Below are positions 1 to 7,386 of a stretch of 32,000 nucleotides of DNA, one piece after another. Source of the stretch: Mycolicibacterium smegmatis (lineage in GTDB: Bacteria > Actinomycetota > Actinomycetes > Mycobacteriales > Mycobacteriaceae). The stretch covers positions 6,930,001 through 6,962,000 of the forward strand of contig NZ_LN831039.1 of the NCBI RefSeq assembly GCF_001457595.1. Reading direction: 5' to 3'. Both the position numbers and the translations under genes were made by a program. Within the stretch, counting starts at the first letter, position 1. Every line of letters starts with the position of its first letter. The notes under the pieces were generated by a model. The model saw nothing but the letters and a program-made list of their open reading frames with translations. It was not told where the DNA came from and did not search any database.

Positions 1-444
1 GTCACGGTTGAACCCATCACCGATCACGCGCTTGTCGATCTCATGGTCGAACGCGACACCACGTACACGCCCACACTCTGGATCGACGACGCGGCGCATC
101 CCGACACCCGGGGCAACTTGAAGAAAGTCGCCGATGCGGGCGTCACCATCGTCATGGGCAGTGACACCTTCAGCGGCCGTGGCTTGTTCGGGGCGAATAC
201 GTTGGAAGAAGCCGAACTGATGGTCGCAGCCGGGATGACGCCGCTCCAGTCCCTGGTCGCAGGAACCAGTGCTGCGGCACGCCAGTGCGTCCGCCCCGAT
301 CTTGGCGCGGTGGCGCCCGGCAAGCGCGCCGACCTGGTGGTGCTGACCGCAGATCCCACTCGGGACATCGGCAACCTGCGCAACCTTGCCATGACAATTC
401 TCGATGGTGAGATCGTCGTCGACAACCGCCAAGGCACGACCTAA
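1..444 (+). CDS. Amidohydrolase-family protein, C-terminal fragment (5' end lies outside the window)
   Basis: Frame 1 is open from base 1 to TAA at 442-444. The translated tail (...GVTIVMGSDTFSG...LVAGTSAAARQ...GAVAPGKRADLVVLTADPTRDIGNLRN...ILDGEIVV) looks like the C-terminal part of metal-dependent amidohydrolases, including the GKxADLVVL..dP element. Confidence 0.7.
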   Translation, partial: VTVEPITDHALVDLMVERDTTYTPTLWIDDAAHPDTRGNLKKVADAGVTIVMGSDTFSGRGLFGANTLEEAELMVAAGMTPLQSLVAGTSAAARQCVRPDLGAVAPGKRADLVVLTADPTRDIGNLRNLAMTILDGEIVVDNRQGTT

Positions 445-464
445 CTTTCGCAGGAAATGCACTC

Positions 465-1334
465 ATGAGGACGTGGTTCATCACCGGTATGAGCACCGGC
501 TTCGGCCGCTTGCTGACCGAAAGGCTGCTTGCGGCAGGCGATCGCGCAGCCGGCACACTCCGCGATCTCTCATCCGCCGACGACCTGAAAGAACAGTTCG
601 GCGATCGACTGTGGCTGGCACCCCTTGACCTGACCCATACCCACGAGATCCGGCCGACCGTCGACGCTGCCTGGGCTGCCATGCACCGTATCGACGTGCT
701 GGTCAGCAACGCCGGCTACGGCCTGCTCGGCGCGGCCGAAGAGGTCACCGACGCACAGATCCGGCATCAGATCGACACCAATCTCCTCGGATCGATACAG
801 CTCATACGGGCGGCCCTCCCCCACTTCCGTGCGCAGCACAGCGGCCGTATCCTCCAAATCTTAAGCCTAGGAGGACAAGTCACCATCCCTGGCAGCTCGC
901 TTTATCATGCGACAAAGTGGGGAATCGAGGGATTCATGGAAGCAGTTGCACAAGAGGTGGCAGTATTCGGGATCAGCTGCACTATCGTCGAACCCGGCGC
1001 CGCCCGTACCGGGTTCCGTAACCGAAGCGCAGTCGTCGGACCACGCATCCCCGCCTACGACCGCTCGCCTTCACGGAGGATGAATGACATCCACGACGAC
1101 AAGTCGATCACCTCCCCTGGGGACCCGGTCAAGATGGTCGACGCCATGATTACCTCCGTGGAGCAAGATCCCGCCCCACTACGCCTGGCGCTGGGCAGCG
1201 ACAGCTACTCCTACATCAAGACGGCCCTCACCACCCGTCTGGCCCAACTCGAAGCCCAAAGAGGCCTGGCTCTCTCGACCGATGCTGCAGACCAAGGCAA
1301 CAGCCCGAACTGGTTTCAGTCAGACAACGGCTGA
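465..1334 (+). CDS. Short-chain dehydrogenase/reductase (SDR) family oxidoreductase
   Basis: ATG at 465 has AGGAA about 8 nt upstream. It carries a Rossmann TGxxxGxG motif (ITGMSTGFG), NAG (SNAGYG) and the catalytic YxxxK (YHATK). The ORF is 289 aa. Confidence 0.85.
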   Translation: MRTWFITGMSTGFGRLLTERLLAAGDRAAGTLRDLSSADDLKEQFGDRLWLAPLDLTHTHEIRPTVDAAWAAMHRIDVLVSNAGYGLLGAAEEVTDAQIRHQIDTNLLGSIQLIRAALPHFRAQHSGRILQILSLGGQVTIPGSSLYHATKWGIEGFMEAVAQEVAVFGISCTIVEPGAARTGFRNRSAVVGPRIPAYDRSPSRRMNDIHDDKSITSPGDPVKMVDAMITSVEQDPAPLRLALGSDSYSYIKTALTTRLAQLEAQRGLALSTDAADQGNSPNWFQSDNG

Positions 1335-1389
1335 TGCGCGGACGGAAACCGGATAGCCGGCTCACTTGTCAAAGCCCAGGCGGTGTCGG

Positions 1390-2247
1390 ATGAACACATC
1401 TGGTAAACCACCACCCAACGGTGGCAACGCCGACAAGCTCGCCGAGCTACGCAACGCGATCCGTGGCATCGAAGCCGCCGAATCGACCTTCGGCGAGACA
1501 CGCCAGTCCACAACGGGCGACAACGGCACCACCGGACAAACTCATGCGCGCGGCACCTATGAGCCGATCACCTACCACGGCATGCCGGAAGGCCAGGACT
1601 GGATGCAGCGCCTGCCCGCTCGCTACAAGCACGGAGAGCGCGGATTCGACCGGCGCATCATGGAAGAACTCGCCGCCGTCGGCGTGCCGTGCTACACCCT
1701 CGGCGACCTGTCCAATCGCGTGCGGACGATCCCCCAAGGTATTCCCATCTTCATCGACTGGCTCACACACCTCGAAGACCGCATCCCCGGCGCCGATACA
1801 CCCCATCGTGAGGCGATCCGGGCAGGGCTGATCCGCAACCTCAATGACCCCGCAGCACGGGGAAACCCGGCCGCCATCAATGCCCTCGTCGTCCAACTGC
1901 GCCGACAGCCCCCGCTGCGCAGCGGACTGATCGGATACGCCACCGAGGCGCTCGCACACATCGCCACCAAACGCGACTGCCCCACGATCGTCGAACTCAT
2001 TGACGAACTGCTCCCCCACGGAGCAGTCGTGGGGCCCCTCATCGAATACCTCGGGAAGGTAAAAACTGATGAGGCAAAAGAACTCGTCCTGAGATTCCTC
2101 GACACACCGTCGACCTACTTCGCGCTGCGCGCCCTCATCCAGATGAAGGCAACCGGTGTCCGGGCGAGAGTCGAGCCCTACCTCACTCACATCAACGCCG
2201 CCATCCGCAAAGAGGCACGCCGGGCCATGGCGAGGTTGCCCGAGTGA
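1390..2247 (+). CDS. Hypothetical protein with a disordered N-terminus and a HEAT/ARM-like helical-repeat C-terminal region
   Basis: The ORF is open from TTG 1366. ATG 1390 is preferred because of AGG 9 nt upstream. The C-terminal segments (..AIRAGLIRNLNDP.., ..ATEALAHIATKRD.., ..HINAAIRKEARRAMARL) resemble HEAT_PBS-type repeats. I recognise no catalytic motif. The stop overlaps the next ORF's start (GTGA at 2244-2247). Confidence 0.6.
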   Translation: MNTSGKPPPNGGNADKLAELRNAIRGIEAAESTFGETRQSTTGDNGTTGQTHARGTYEPITYHGMPEGQDWMQRLPARYKHGERGFDRRIMEELAAVGVPCYTLGDLSNRVRTIPQGIPIFIDWLTHLEDRIPGADTPHREAIRAGLIRNLNDPAARGNPAAINALVVQLRRQPPLRSGLIGYATEALAHIATKRDCPTIVELIDELLPHGAVVGPLIEYLGKVKTDEAKELVLRFLDTPSTYFALRALIQMKATGVRARVEPYLTHINAAIRKEARRAMARLPE

Positions 2248-2543
2248 GCGAAAGCGACAAACCTCTCGATTCCGGCATCGATCTCAACATGCTCGCCGGC
2301 CAGACAGAAGCGCTGCGCCGAGCCCGCCAAGCGATCGACGCCATCGGCCGTGTGGAGGGCGAATCCGAGGACCGTCCCGTCCGCGTGTGGGTCACACCGT
2401 GTCCGGCACCCTCGTGGACATCGAACCAGCCGAGGACACCCGCTATTAGGAGCCAGGCCGGCTCAGCCGCCGCCGTTGTTGAAGCCGAACAACCTGTCTC
2501 GCACAACGCTGGACTACATGTCACTGAAGACTGCACCGCCTGA
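2244..2543 (+). CDS. Small hypothetical ORF whose N-terminal half is YbaB/EbfC-like; probably frameshifted or decayed
   Basis: GTG 2244 overlaps the upstream stop (GTGA). Residues LNMLAGQTEALRRARQAIDAIGRVEGESEDRPVRVWVTP follow the YbaB-like helix-then-beta pattern. The expected continuation (SGTLVDIEPAED) sits in the +2 frame from about 2399 and ends at TAG 2447-2449. The third-position G/C bias also moves to that frame. Confidence 0.35.
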   Translation: MSESDKPLDSGIDLNMLAGQTEALRRARQAIDAIGRVEGESEDRPVRVWVTPCPAPSWTSNQPRTPAIRSQAGSAAAVVEAEQPVSHNAGLHVTEDCTA

Positions 2544-2577
2544 TCCATGTTGGGACTGACACATACGATTTTCGTGG

Positions 2578-2592
2578 AGCAGCAGCAGCAGC
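2578..2592. repeat. Trinucleotide microsatellite (AGC)5, read as (GCT)5 on the minus strand
   Basis: Read directly as agcagcagcagcagc. It lies 5 nt downstream of the dnaB stop codon, in the convergent intergenic gap. Confidence 0.9.
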
Positions 2593-2597
2593 AATTT

Positions 2598-5531
2598 TCA
2601 CCGCGCCATATTCGTGAATCGCGAAAAGTGCAGCTGGTGCGCCACAGTGATGTTCGCGGTCGGACCGTTACGGTGCTTGCCGAGGATGATGTCGGCTTCG
2701 CCGCCGCGAGGGTCGTCACGATCAAATGCGTCAGGCCGGTGCAGCAGCATGACCATGTCGGCGTCCTGCTCCAGGCTGTTGTGCGCTGAGATGCCCTGCG
2801 CCACAAAGTTATGCGTGCCGGGCACGGTGCCGTCGTAGACATCGTGCTCACCGATGCTGGTGATGTCGACGATCTCGTCCCAGAACACGTCGTTGGTGGC
2901 GAGGTCGTGCAACGCAGCGTCCTCTTTCGGCACGGTGTCGAGATTCGTGTTCTGGGTGACACTCTCGAGCTCGGCGAGCAGGTCACGTGCGGCCGCGCCC
3001 CGTGCGCCGTGCACACCGACGTGCGCCATGAACCGCTTCTGGTTCTCGCGGCCGTAGATGAGCACATGCCAGCAGTCCCGGTACCCGGCCTTCTTGGCGC
3101 GTTTGATGCGCGCATACACCCCGACCCGCAGCAGCAGCTGCACAACGTCGTCAGCCAACTGCCGGCTGGTGGTCGCGTAGTACACGCGACCCTGCCCAAC
3201 CTTGGCGTCCCACCGCACCGAGCCGTCGGTCGCCCACAGATGCCGCAGGAACAGCGCCACCTGGTCGTTGGGCAGTGCGAAAACCTGGGCGGGGACGAAC
3301 TTTTCGTAGCTGCGCTTGCCGAACAGGCCGAGTTTGTCGAGCCACTCAGGGATCGGGTTGCGCTTACCGCGGGTCAACCGGTACGGCGCGGGAAGCCGAA
3401 GGGTGGTGACCCGCGCCGCGGCGTACTCGTCACGGATCGGCGTGACGCCGAAATGCTCCGCTGCGGTCTCGACCGCGAGCAGATTTCCCTCGTCGATCGA
3501 TGCGTAACGTATCGGCTGACGCTTCCCGCAGGACCCGTCGCCGATCATGTGCGCGAGCATCACGACCTCCGAGTCGTGCATACGCTGTGTGTCGACCGGG
3601 TCGGGCACGAGGCGGGGCGTGGCCAGCCGGTCGCCGGGCTTCAACTCGCCCAACGGAACCCAGCCGTCGAGCGTGAGGAAGGGATGGTTGGCAGTTGCCT
3701 CGACTTCGCGGCCCGACGCCATCCGCAGTGTGAACACCTCTTTGCGCCCGCTGGGGAACACGTTGGTCATGGGCCGCGCGACCATGCGCTTGTGCTCGTC
3801 CAGCGACCACACCAGCGGCCGCTCTCCGGTTGCCATGAGCTCGCCGAAGGTGACCTCGGCGCCCGTGTCGGCGCGCAAGATTCGGGTGTTCGCGGTCATG
3901 CACCCCGACTCACGAAGATCGGACACCTGCGGACGCTTGTCGGTCCGTTGCTCAGGCCCACGGTTCAGCTGGCTGATCGCCACCACGGGCACGTCGAGCT
4001 CTTTGGCCATCAGCTTGAGGCTTCGCGAGAAGTCCGAGACTTCCTGCTGACGTGACTCGTACTTCTTGCCCGAGGTCATCAGCTGCATGTAGTCGACGAC
4101 GATGAGCCGCAGATCGGACTTCTGCGCCAAACGCCGTGCCTTGGCGCGGATCTCCATCATGGTGAGGTTCGGCGAGTCGTCGATGTAGAGCGGTGCCTCG
4201 CTGATCTCGCTCATGCGCCGCGCCAGACGCGTCCAGTCGTCGTCGGTCATACGGCCGGACCGCATGTCGCCGAGCTTGATCTTCGCCTCGGCCGACAGCA
4301 GGCGCATGACGATCTCGGACTTGCTCATCTCCAGGGAGAAGATGACGCTGGCCATGCGGTGCTTGATGGAGCACGACCGCATGAAGTCCAGCCCGAGTGT
4401 CGAGTTGTGCGTGGGAACCATGCCCGGCCCGGCCAGGTACAGGTGCTCGGGGTTGTCCACCTCGACACACCGCACGGGCACGCTGGGCCGCCGGCGAACC
4501 GCGGTGATCTGAACCGCCGGGGCCAGCAGTGCCGTGCCGCCACGGCCGCCCGAGGCGCTCACCACGGTGTGCATACCGGCACGCAGGTTGGCGGTGATGC
4601 GGACCCCGTGCTCGGTGGGCCACTGATGCTGCGCATCGGCGACGATCGCGGTGCCGTCGGAGAACTCGACGACGTAGCAGGGCCGCCCGAGCATCACGTC
4701 GGTGTCGGCGACCACGCGTGTGGGTTCGCCGTCGGGGCCGAGGAGATGGTCACCCACCGCGACGTCGCCCATCGTCGTCCATCCGCTGGGCGTCGGAAGC
4801 GGGGTGTCGAGCGCGAGCGCCTTACCCACACCGGGACGCGCAGCGATGATGATCATCTGCCCGGCGTGCAACCCGTTGGTGACCTCGTCGAGTTCGGTGA
4901 ACCCGGTGGGCACACCGCGTGCGATACCGCCCTGCGACGCGATCGCGTCGATCTCGTCCATCGTGGGCTGCAGCAGGTCCTCGAGCGGCACGAAGTCCTC
5001 GGAGGCGCGGCGCTCGGTGACGTCGTAGATCTCGGCCTGGGCGCGGTCGACGATGTCGGCCACGTCGGCACCGTCGGCGCCGGCGTAGCCGTACTGCACG
5101 ACGCGTGTGCCGGCCTCCACGAGCCGGCGCAGCAGCGCCTTCTCGGCCACGATGCCGGCGTAGAAGCCCGCGTTGGCCGCGGTGGGCACCGTCGAGATCA
5201 GGGTGTGCAGATAGGGCGCGCCACCGATGCGGCGCAGCAGACCGCGCCGGTCCAGCTCGGCCGCGACGGTGACCGCGTCAGCGGGCTCACCGCGGCCGTA
5301 GAGGTCGAGGATCGCGTCGTAGACGCTCTGGTGGGCGGGACGGTAGAAGTCGCCGGGACGCAGCCGCTCCAGCACGTCGGCGATGGCGTCCTTGCTCAGC
5401 AGCATGCCGCCGAGCACAGCCTGCTCGGCGGCCATGTCCTGAGGCGGCTGGCGGCCGAAATCTCCGCTTGGCGGCGGACCATCGATGTCCGCGGGACCAT
5501 CCGGATGCCCGAGGTCGTCCACGACTGCCAA
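2598..5531 (-). CDS. dnaB: Replicative DNA helicase DnaB precursor (977 aa) carrying two inteins; predicted spliced product 463 aa
   Basis: TTG start at 5529-5531 has a GGGGGTGGG SD-like tract upstream. The N-terminus MAVVDDL...QPPQDMAAEQAVLGGMLLSKDAI is typical of DnaB. Walker A ARPGVGK/ST is split by an insert. Walker B is LIVVDYMQLM, and the C-terminus is ...GKHRNGPT...FSRFTNMAR. Confidence 0.97.
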   Translation of the reverse strand: MAVVDDLGHPDGPADIDGPPPSGDFGRQPPQDMAAEQAVLGGMLLSKDAIADVLERLRPGDFYRPAHQSVYDAILDLYGRGEPADAVTVAAELDRRGLLRRIGGAPYLHTLISTVPTAANAGFYAGIVAEKALLRRLVEAGTRVVQYGYAGADGADVADIVDRAQAEIYDVTERRASEDFVPLEDLLQPTMDEIDAIASQGGIARGVPTGFTELDEVTNGLHAGQMIIIAARPGVGKALALDTPLPTPSGWTTMGDVAVGDHLLGPDGEPTRVVADTDVMLGRPCYVVEFSDGTAIVADAQHQWPTEHGVRITANLRAGMHTVVSASGGRGGTALLAPAVQITAVRRRPSVPVRCVEVDNPEHLYLAGPGMVPTHNSTLGLDFMRSCSIKHRMASVIFSLEMSKSEIVMRLLSAEAKIKLGDMRSGRMTDDDWTRLARRMSEISEAPLYIDDSPNLTMMEIRAKARRLAQKSDLRLIVVDYMQLMTSGKKYESRQQEVSDFSRSLKLMAKELDVPVVAISQLNRGPEQRTDKRPQVSDLRESGCMTANTRILRADTGAEVTFGELMATGERPLVWSLDEHKRMVARPMTNVFPSGRKEVFTLRMASGREVEATANHPFLTLDGWVPLGELKPGDRLATPRLVPDPVDTQRMHDSEVVMLAHMIGDGSCGKRQPIRYASIDEGNLLAVETAAEHFGVTPIRDEYAAARVTTLRLPAPYRLTRGKRNPIPEWLDKLGLFGKRSYEKFVPAQVFALPNDQVALFLRHLWATDGSVRWDAKVGQGRVYYATTSRQLADDVVQLLLRVGVYARIKRAKKAGYRDCWHVLIYGRENQKRFMAHVGVHGARGAAARDLLAELESVTQNTNLDTVPKEDAALHDLATNDVFWDEIVDITSIGEHDVYDGTVPGTHNFVAQGISAHNSLEQDADMVMLLHRPDAFDRDDPRGGEADIILGKHRNGPTANITVAHQLHFSRFTNMAR
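2778..3902 (-). mobile_element. DnaB intein 2: 375-aa intein with a LAGLIDADG homing-endonuclease domain (aa 544-918 of the precursor)
   Basis: The insert follows ...DLRESG and starts with Cys1 (CMTANTRILRADTG, block A). Block B is ATANHPF. Two dodecapeptide motifs are present (MLAHMIGDGSC and FLRHLWATDGSV). Blocks F and G are VYDGTVPGTHNFVAQGISAHN, followed by the Ser+1 extein residue. I verified the codon boundaries by hand: gca at 3900-3902 encodes Cys1. Confidence 0.9.
4404..4820 (-). mobile_element. DnaB intein 1: 139-aa mini-intein with no endonuclease, inserted in the Walker A P-loop (aa 238-376); class-3-type signature
   Basis: The junctions read ...AARPGVGK | ALALDTPL ... GMVPTHN | STLGLDF. 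The insert begins with Ala1 and carries Trp67 (HQWPTEHG), Cys118 (VRCVEVDN) and Thr137-His-Asn139. I verified the boundaries by hand: gtt at 4404-4406 encodes Asn139 and cga at 4401-4403 encodes Ser+1. Confidence 0.9.
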
Positions 5532-5696
5532 GGACTACCCACCCCCTTCGAGACCAGCCTCACGACACGCTCGAACGTCTATTCGAATCGGTACTGCAAC
5601 TGTAAAACGGGCCGCCGACAAGTCGCCGCAACAGCACCGCAGCGCCTCACGCTAGACGTTGCTGGAGGCCGGGAAAACCCGGCCTGTTCATCAACC

Positions 5697-5825
5697 TGTG
5701 GATGGCGTGGGGATATCTGTGGACAGCGATGTTTACGCGTTGGGGAGAACTTGTGGATTACCGCATTGTGATCCGATGTCTTCCCAGTTCAGAAGCCTAG
5801 AAGACCCCTTGGGCATTGTGGATGA
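5697..5825 (-). promoter_or_regulatory. Cluster of DnaA-box-like 9-mers in the dnaB upstream region
   Basis: On the plus strand: TGTGGATGG 5697-5705, TGTGGACAG 5718-5726, TGTGGATTA 5752-5760 and TGTGGATGA 5817-5825, plus a degenerate TGTGATCCG at 5767-5775. All have the same orientation. On the dnaB strand they read CCATCCACA, CTGTCCACA, TAATCCACA and TCATCCACA, against the consensus TT(A/G)TCCACA. Confidence 0.45.
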
Positions 5826-5970
5826 CAAATTCATCGGCGTGTCGTGGCGGGTTGCCCGCTCGGGCGTGTTGTGTTGCGCCGAAGGGCCCAACAGGTTAAC
5901 GAACGGTTAGGTTCGCTGTCCTCGTTTTCGTTCGAGAAGTTCGCCAGCCGGCGGTGCGGGCATACAGCAA

Positions 5971-6008
5971 CGCCCGGGTGGGAACCGTGACGGGTTCCCA
6001 CCCGGGCG
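5971..6008 (-). terminator. Intrinsic-terminator-like hairpin downstream of rplI (end of the rpsF-ssb-rpsR-rplI operon)
   Basis: A perfect 16-bp stem (cgcccgggtgggaacc / ggttcccacccgggcg) closes a 6-nt loop, 44 nt past the rplI stop. On the minus strand it is followed by TTGCTGTATG. The GC-rich stem with a weak U-tail is the usual mycobacterial form. Confidence 0.7.
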
Positions 6009-6051
6009 TATGACTGCCGACTGGATCAGCCGGCGACTTCGACTGTGCAGA

Positions 6052-6507
6052 CTACTGCGCGACGACGTTCAGCGACACCTTGGCTTCCACGCCGGTGTGC
6101 AGCTTGACGGTCACCGGATAGGAGCCGACCGACTTGATGTGCGCCTTGGCCAACTGCACCGTGCGCTTGTCGAGGTTCGGGCCACCGGCCTTCTTGATCG
6201 CGTTCACGACGTCGGCAGCGGTGACGGAACCGAACAGCTTGCCGGTGTCGCCGGCCGCGTTGACCGACAGCGTGACGTCGCCCAGGCCCTCGAGCGCGGT
6301 CTTGAGCTCGTTGGCGTGCTCGATGTCGCGGATGACCTTGGACTCGCGAGCGCGGCGGATCTCCTCGGCCTGACGCTCGGCCCCACGGGAGGCGACGATG
6401 GCCAGCCCGCGCGGCAGCAGGTAGTTACGGCCGTAGCCGTCCTTGACCTCGACGGTGTCGCCGGCGGCACCCAGGTGCTCAACCTCGGCGGTGAGAATCA
6501 GCTTCAT
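6052..6507 (-). CDS. rplI: 50S ribosomal protein L9
   Basis: The sequence [36 protein letters not shown]... is a canonical L9 N-terminus. The protein is 151 aa. Confidence 0.97.
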   Translation of the reverse strand: MKLILTAEVEHLGAAGDTVEVKDGYGRNYLLPRGLAIVASRGAERQAEEIRRARESKVIRDIEHANELKTALEGLGDVTLSVNAAGDTGKLFGSVTAADVVNAIKKAGGPNLDKRTVQLAKAHIKSVGSYPVTVKLHTGVEAKVSLNVVAQ

Positions 6508-6525
6508 ATCTCTCTCCGTTCCTGG

Positions 6526-6780
6526 CTAGCGCGTCGACGAGCCGAACGGCAGCAGCGCCACCTCGCGGGCATTCTTCACCGCGACTGCGATGTCGCGCTG
6601 GTGCTGGACGCAGTTGCCGGTCACACGGCGGGCACGGATCTTGCCGCGCTCGCTGATGTAGGTGCGCAGCAGCGCGGTGTCCTTGTAGTCGATGGTCTGC
6701 CCCTTCTTGGAGCAGAACACGCACTTACGGGTCTTGACCGGCTTTTCCGGTGCCGGCCGTCGCTTGTTGGACTTGGCCAT
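6526..6780 (-). CDS. rpsR: 30S ribosomal protein S18 (Cys-containing form)
   Basis: The sequence is [62 protein letters not shown].... AAGGAAGAG lies upstream as an SD. Confidence 0.97.
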
Positions 6781-6816
6781 TGATTATCTCTTCCTTGCAA
6801 AAAAATTCGATGTTGA

Positions 6817-7314
6817 TCAGAAGGGCGGTTCGTCGTCGGCACCGCTGAAGGAACCCGACGCCGGAGCGCTACCCCACGGATCGTCCTTGGGCTCGGACTG
6901 GCGGGATCCACCACCGCCGGATCCGAAGCCGCCACCCCCGCCACCGCTACGGCTGGCCTTGTTGACCTTGGCCGTGGCGTAGCGCAGGGACGGGCCGATC
7001 TCGTCGACCTCAACCTCGACAACAGTGCGCTTCTCACCCTCGCGGGTTTCGAACGAGCGCTGCTTGAGCCGTCCGGTGACGATCACCCGCGAACCGCGGG
7101 TGAGGCTTTCGGCCACGTTCTCGGCGGCCTCACGCCAGATGTTGCACCGAAGGAAAAGTGCCTCGCCGTCTTTCCATTCACCGCTCTGGCGGTCGAACAT
7201 GCGCGGTGTCGACGCAACGGTGAAGTTGGCGACGGCAGCGCCGGACGGGGTGAAGCGCAGTTCCGGGTCCGCTGTCAGGTTTCCGACAACGGTGATGGTG
7301 GTGTCACCAGCCAC
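6817..7314 (-). CDS. ssb: Single-stranded DNA-binding protein
   Basis: GTG start at 7312-7314 has AGGAGG 5 nt upstream. It has an OB-fold N-terminus ([31 protein letters not shown]), a Gly-rich linker and the acidic tip DDEPPF. Confidence 0.97.
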   Translation of the reverse strand: MAGDTTITVVGNLTADPELRFTPSGAAVANFTVASTPRMFDRQSGEWKDGEALFLRCNIWREAAENVAESLTRGSRVIVTGRLKQRSFETREGEKRTVVEVEVDEIGPSLRYATAKVNKASRSGGGGGGFGSGGGGSRQSEPKDDPWGSAPASGSFSGADDEPPF

Positions 7315-7386
7315 GAGATCCTCCTGGAGTGGGCGTCCTATTGCGGGCGAGCCTACGCAAGCTGCACGACAGGAGCAGCCGTTCGC

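Noticed and set aside
2390-2410. Possible programmed ribosomal frameshift in the YbaB-like ORF
   Set aside because: There is no X XXY YYZ slippery heptamer and no downstream pseudoknot-like structure at the shift point. Gene decay or a sequencing indel is more parsimonious.
5570-5605. TTCGAAT sequence resembling a tRNA T-loop
   Set aside because: The flanking bases cannot form the 5-bp T-stem, and no acceptor or anticodon arms can be drawn. It is not a tRNA.
2811-5771. Long plus-strand ORFs (2811-4055, 414 aa; 4359-5771, 470 aa) opposite dnaB
   Set aside because: They are antisense shadows of a securely identified gene. Their translations are Arg/Gly/Val/His-rich with no motifs. Stop-codon depletion on the opposite strand is expected at this GC content.
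5659-5910. 83-aa plus-strand ORF in the dnaB-rplI spacer
   Set aside because: It has weak third-position G/C bias, many rare codons (tta, aga, ata, cta) and no SD or motif. The region is better explained as regulatory DNA containing the DnaA-box-like cluster. I cannot exclude that it is annotated as a hypothetical protein.
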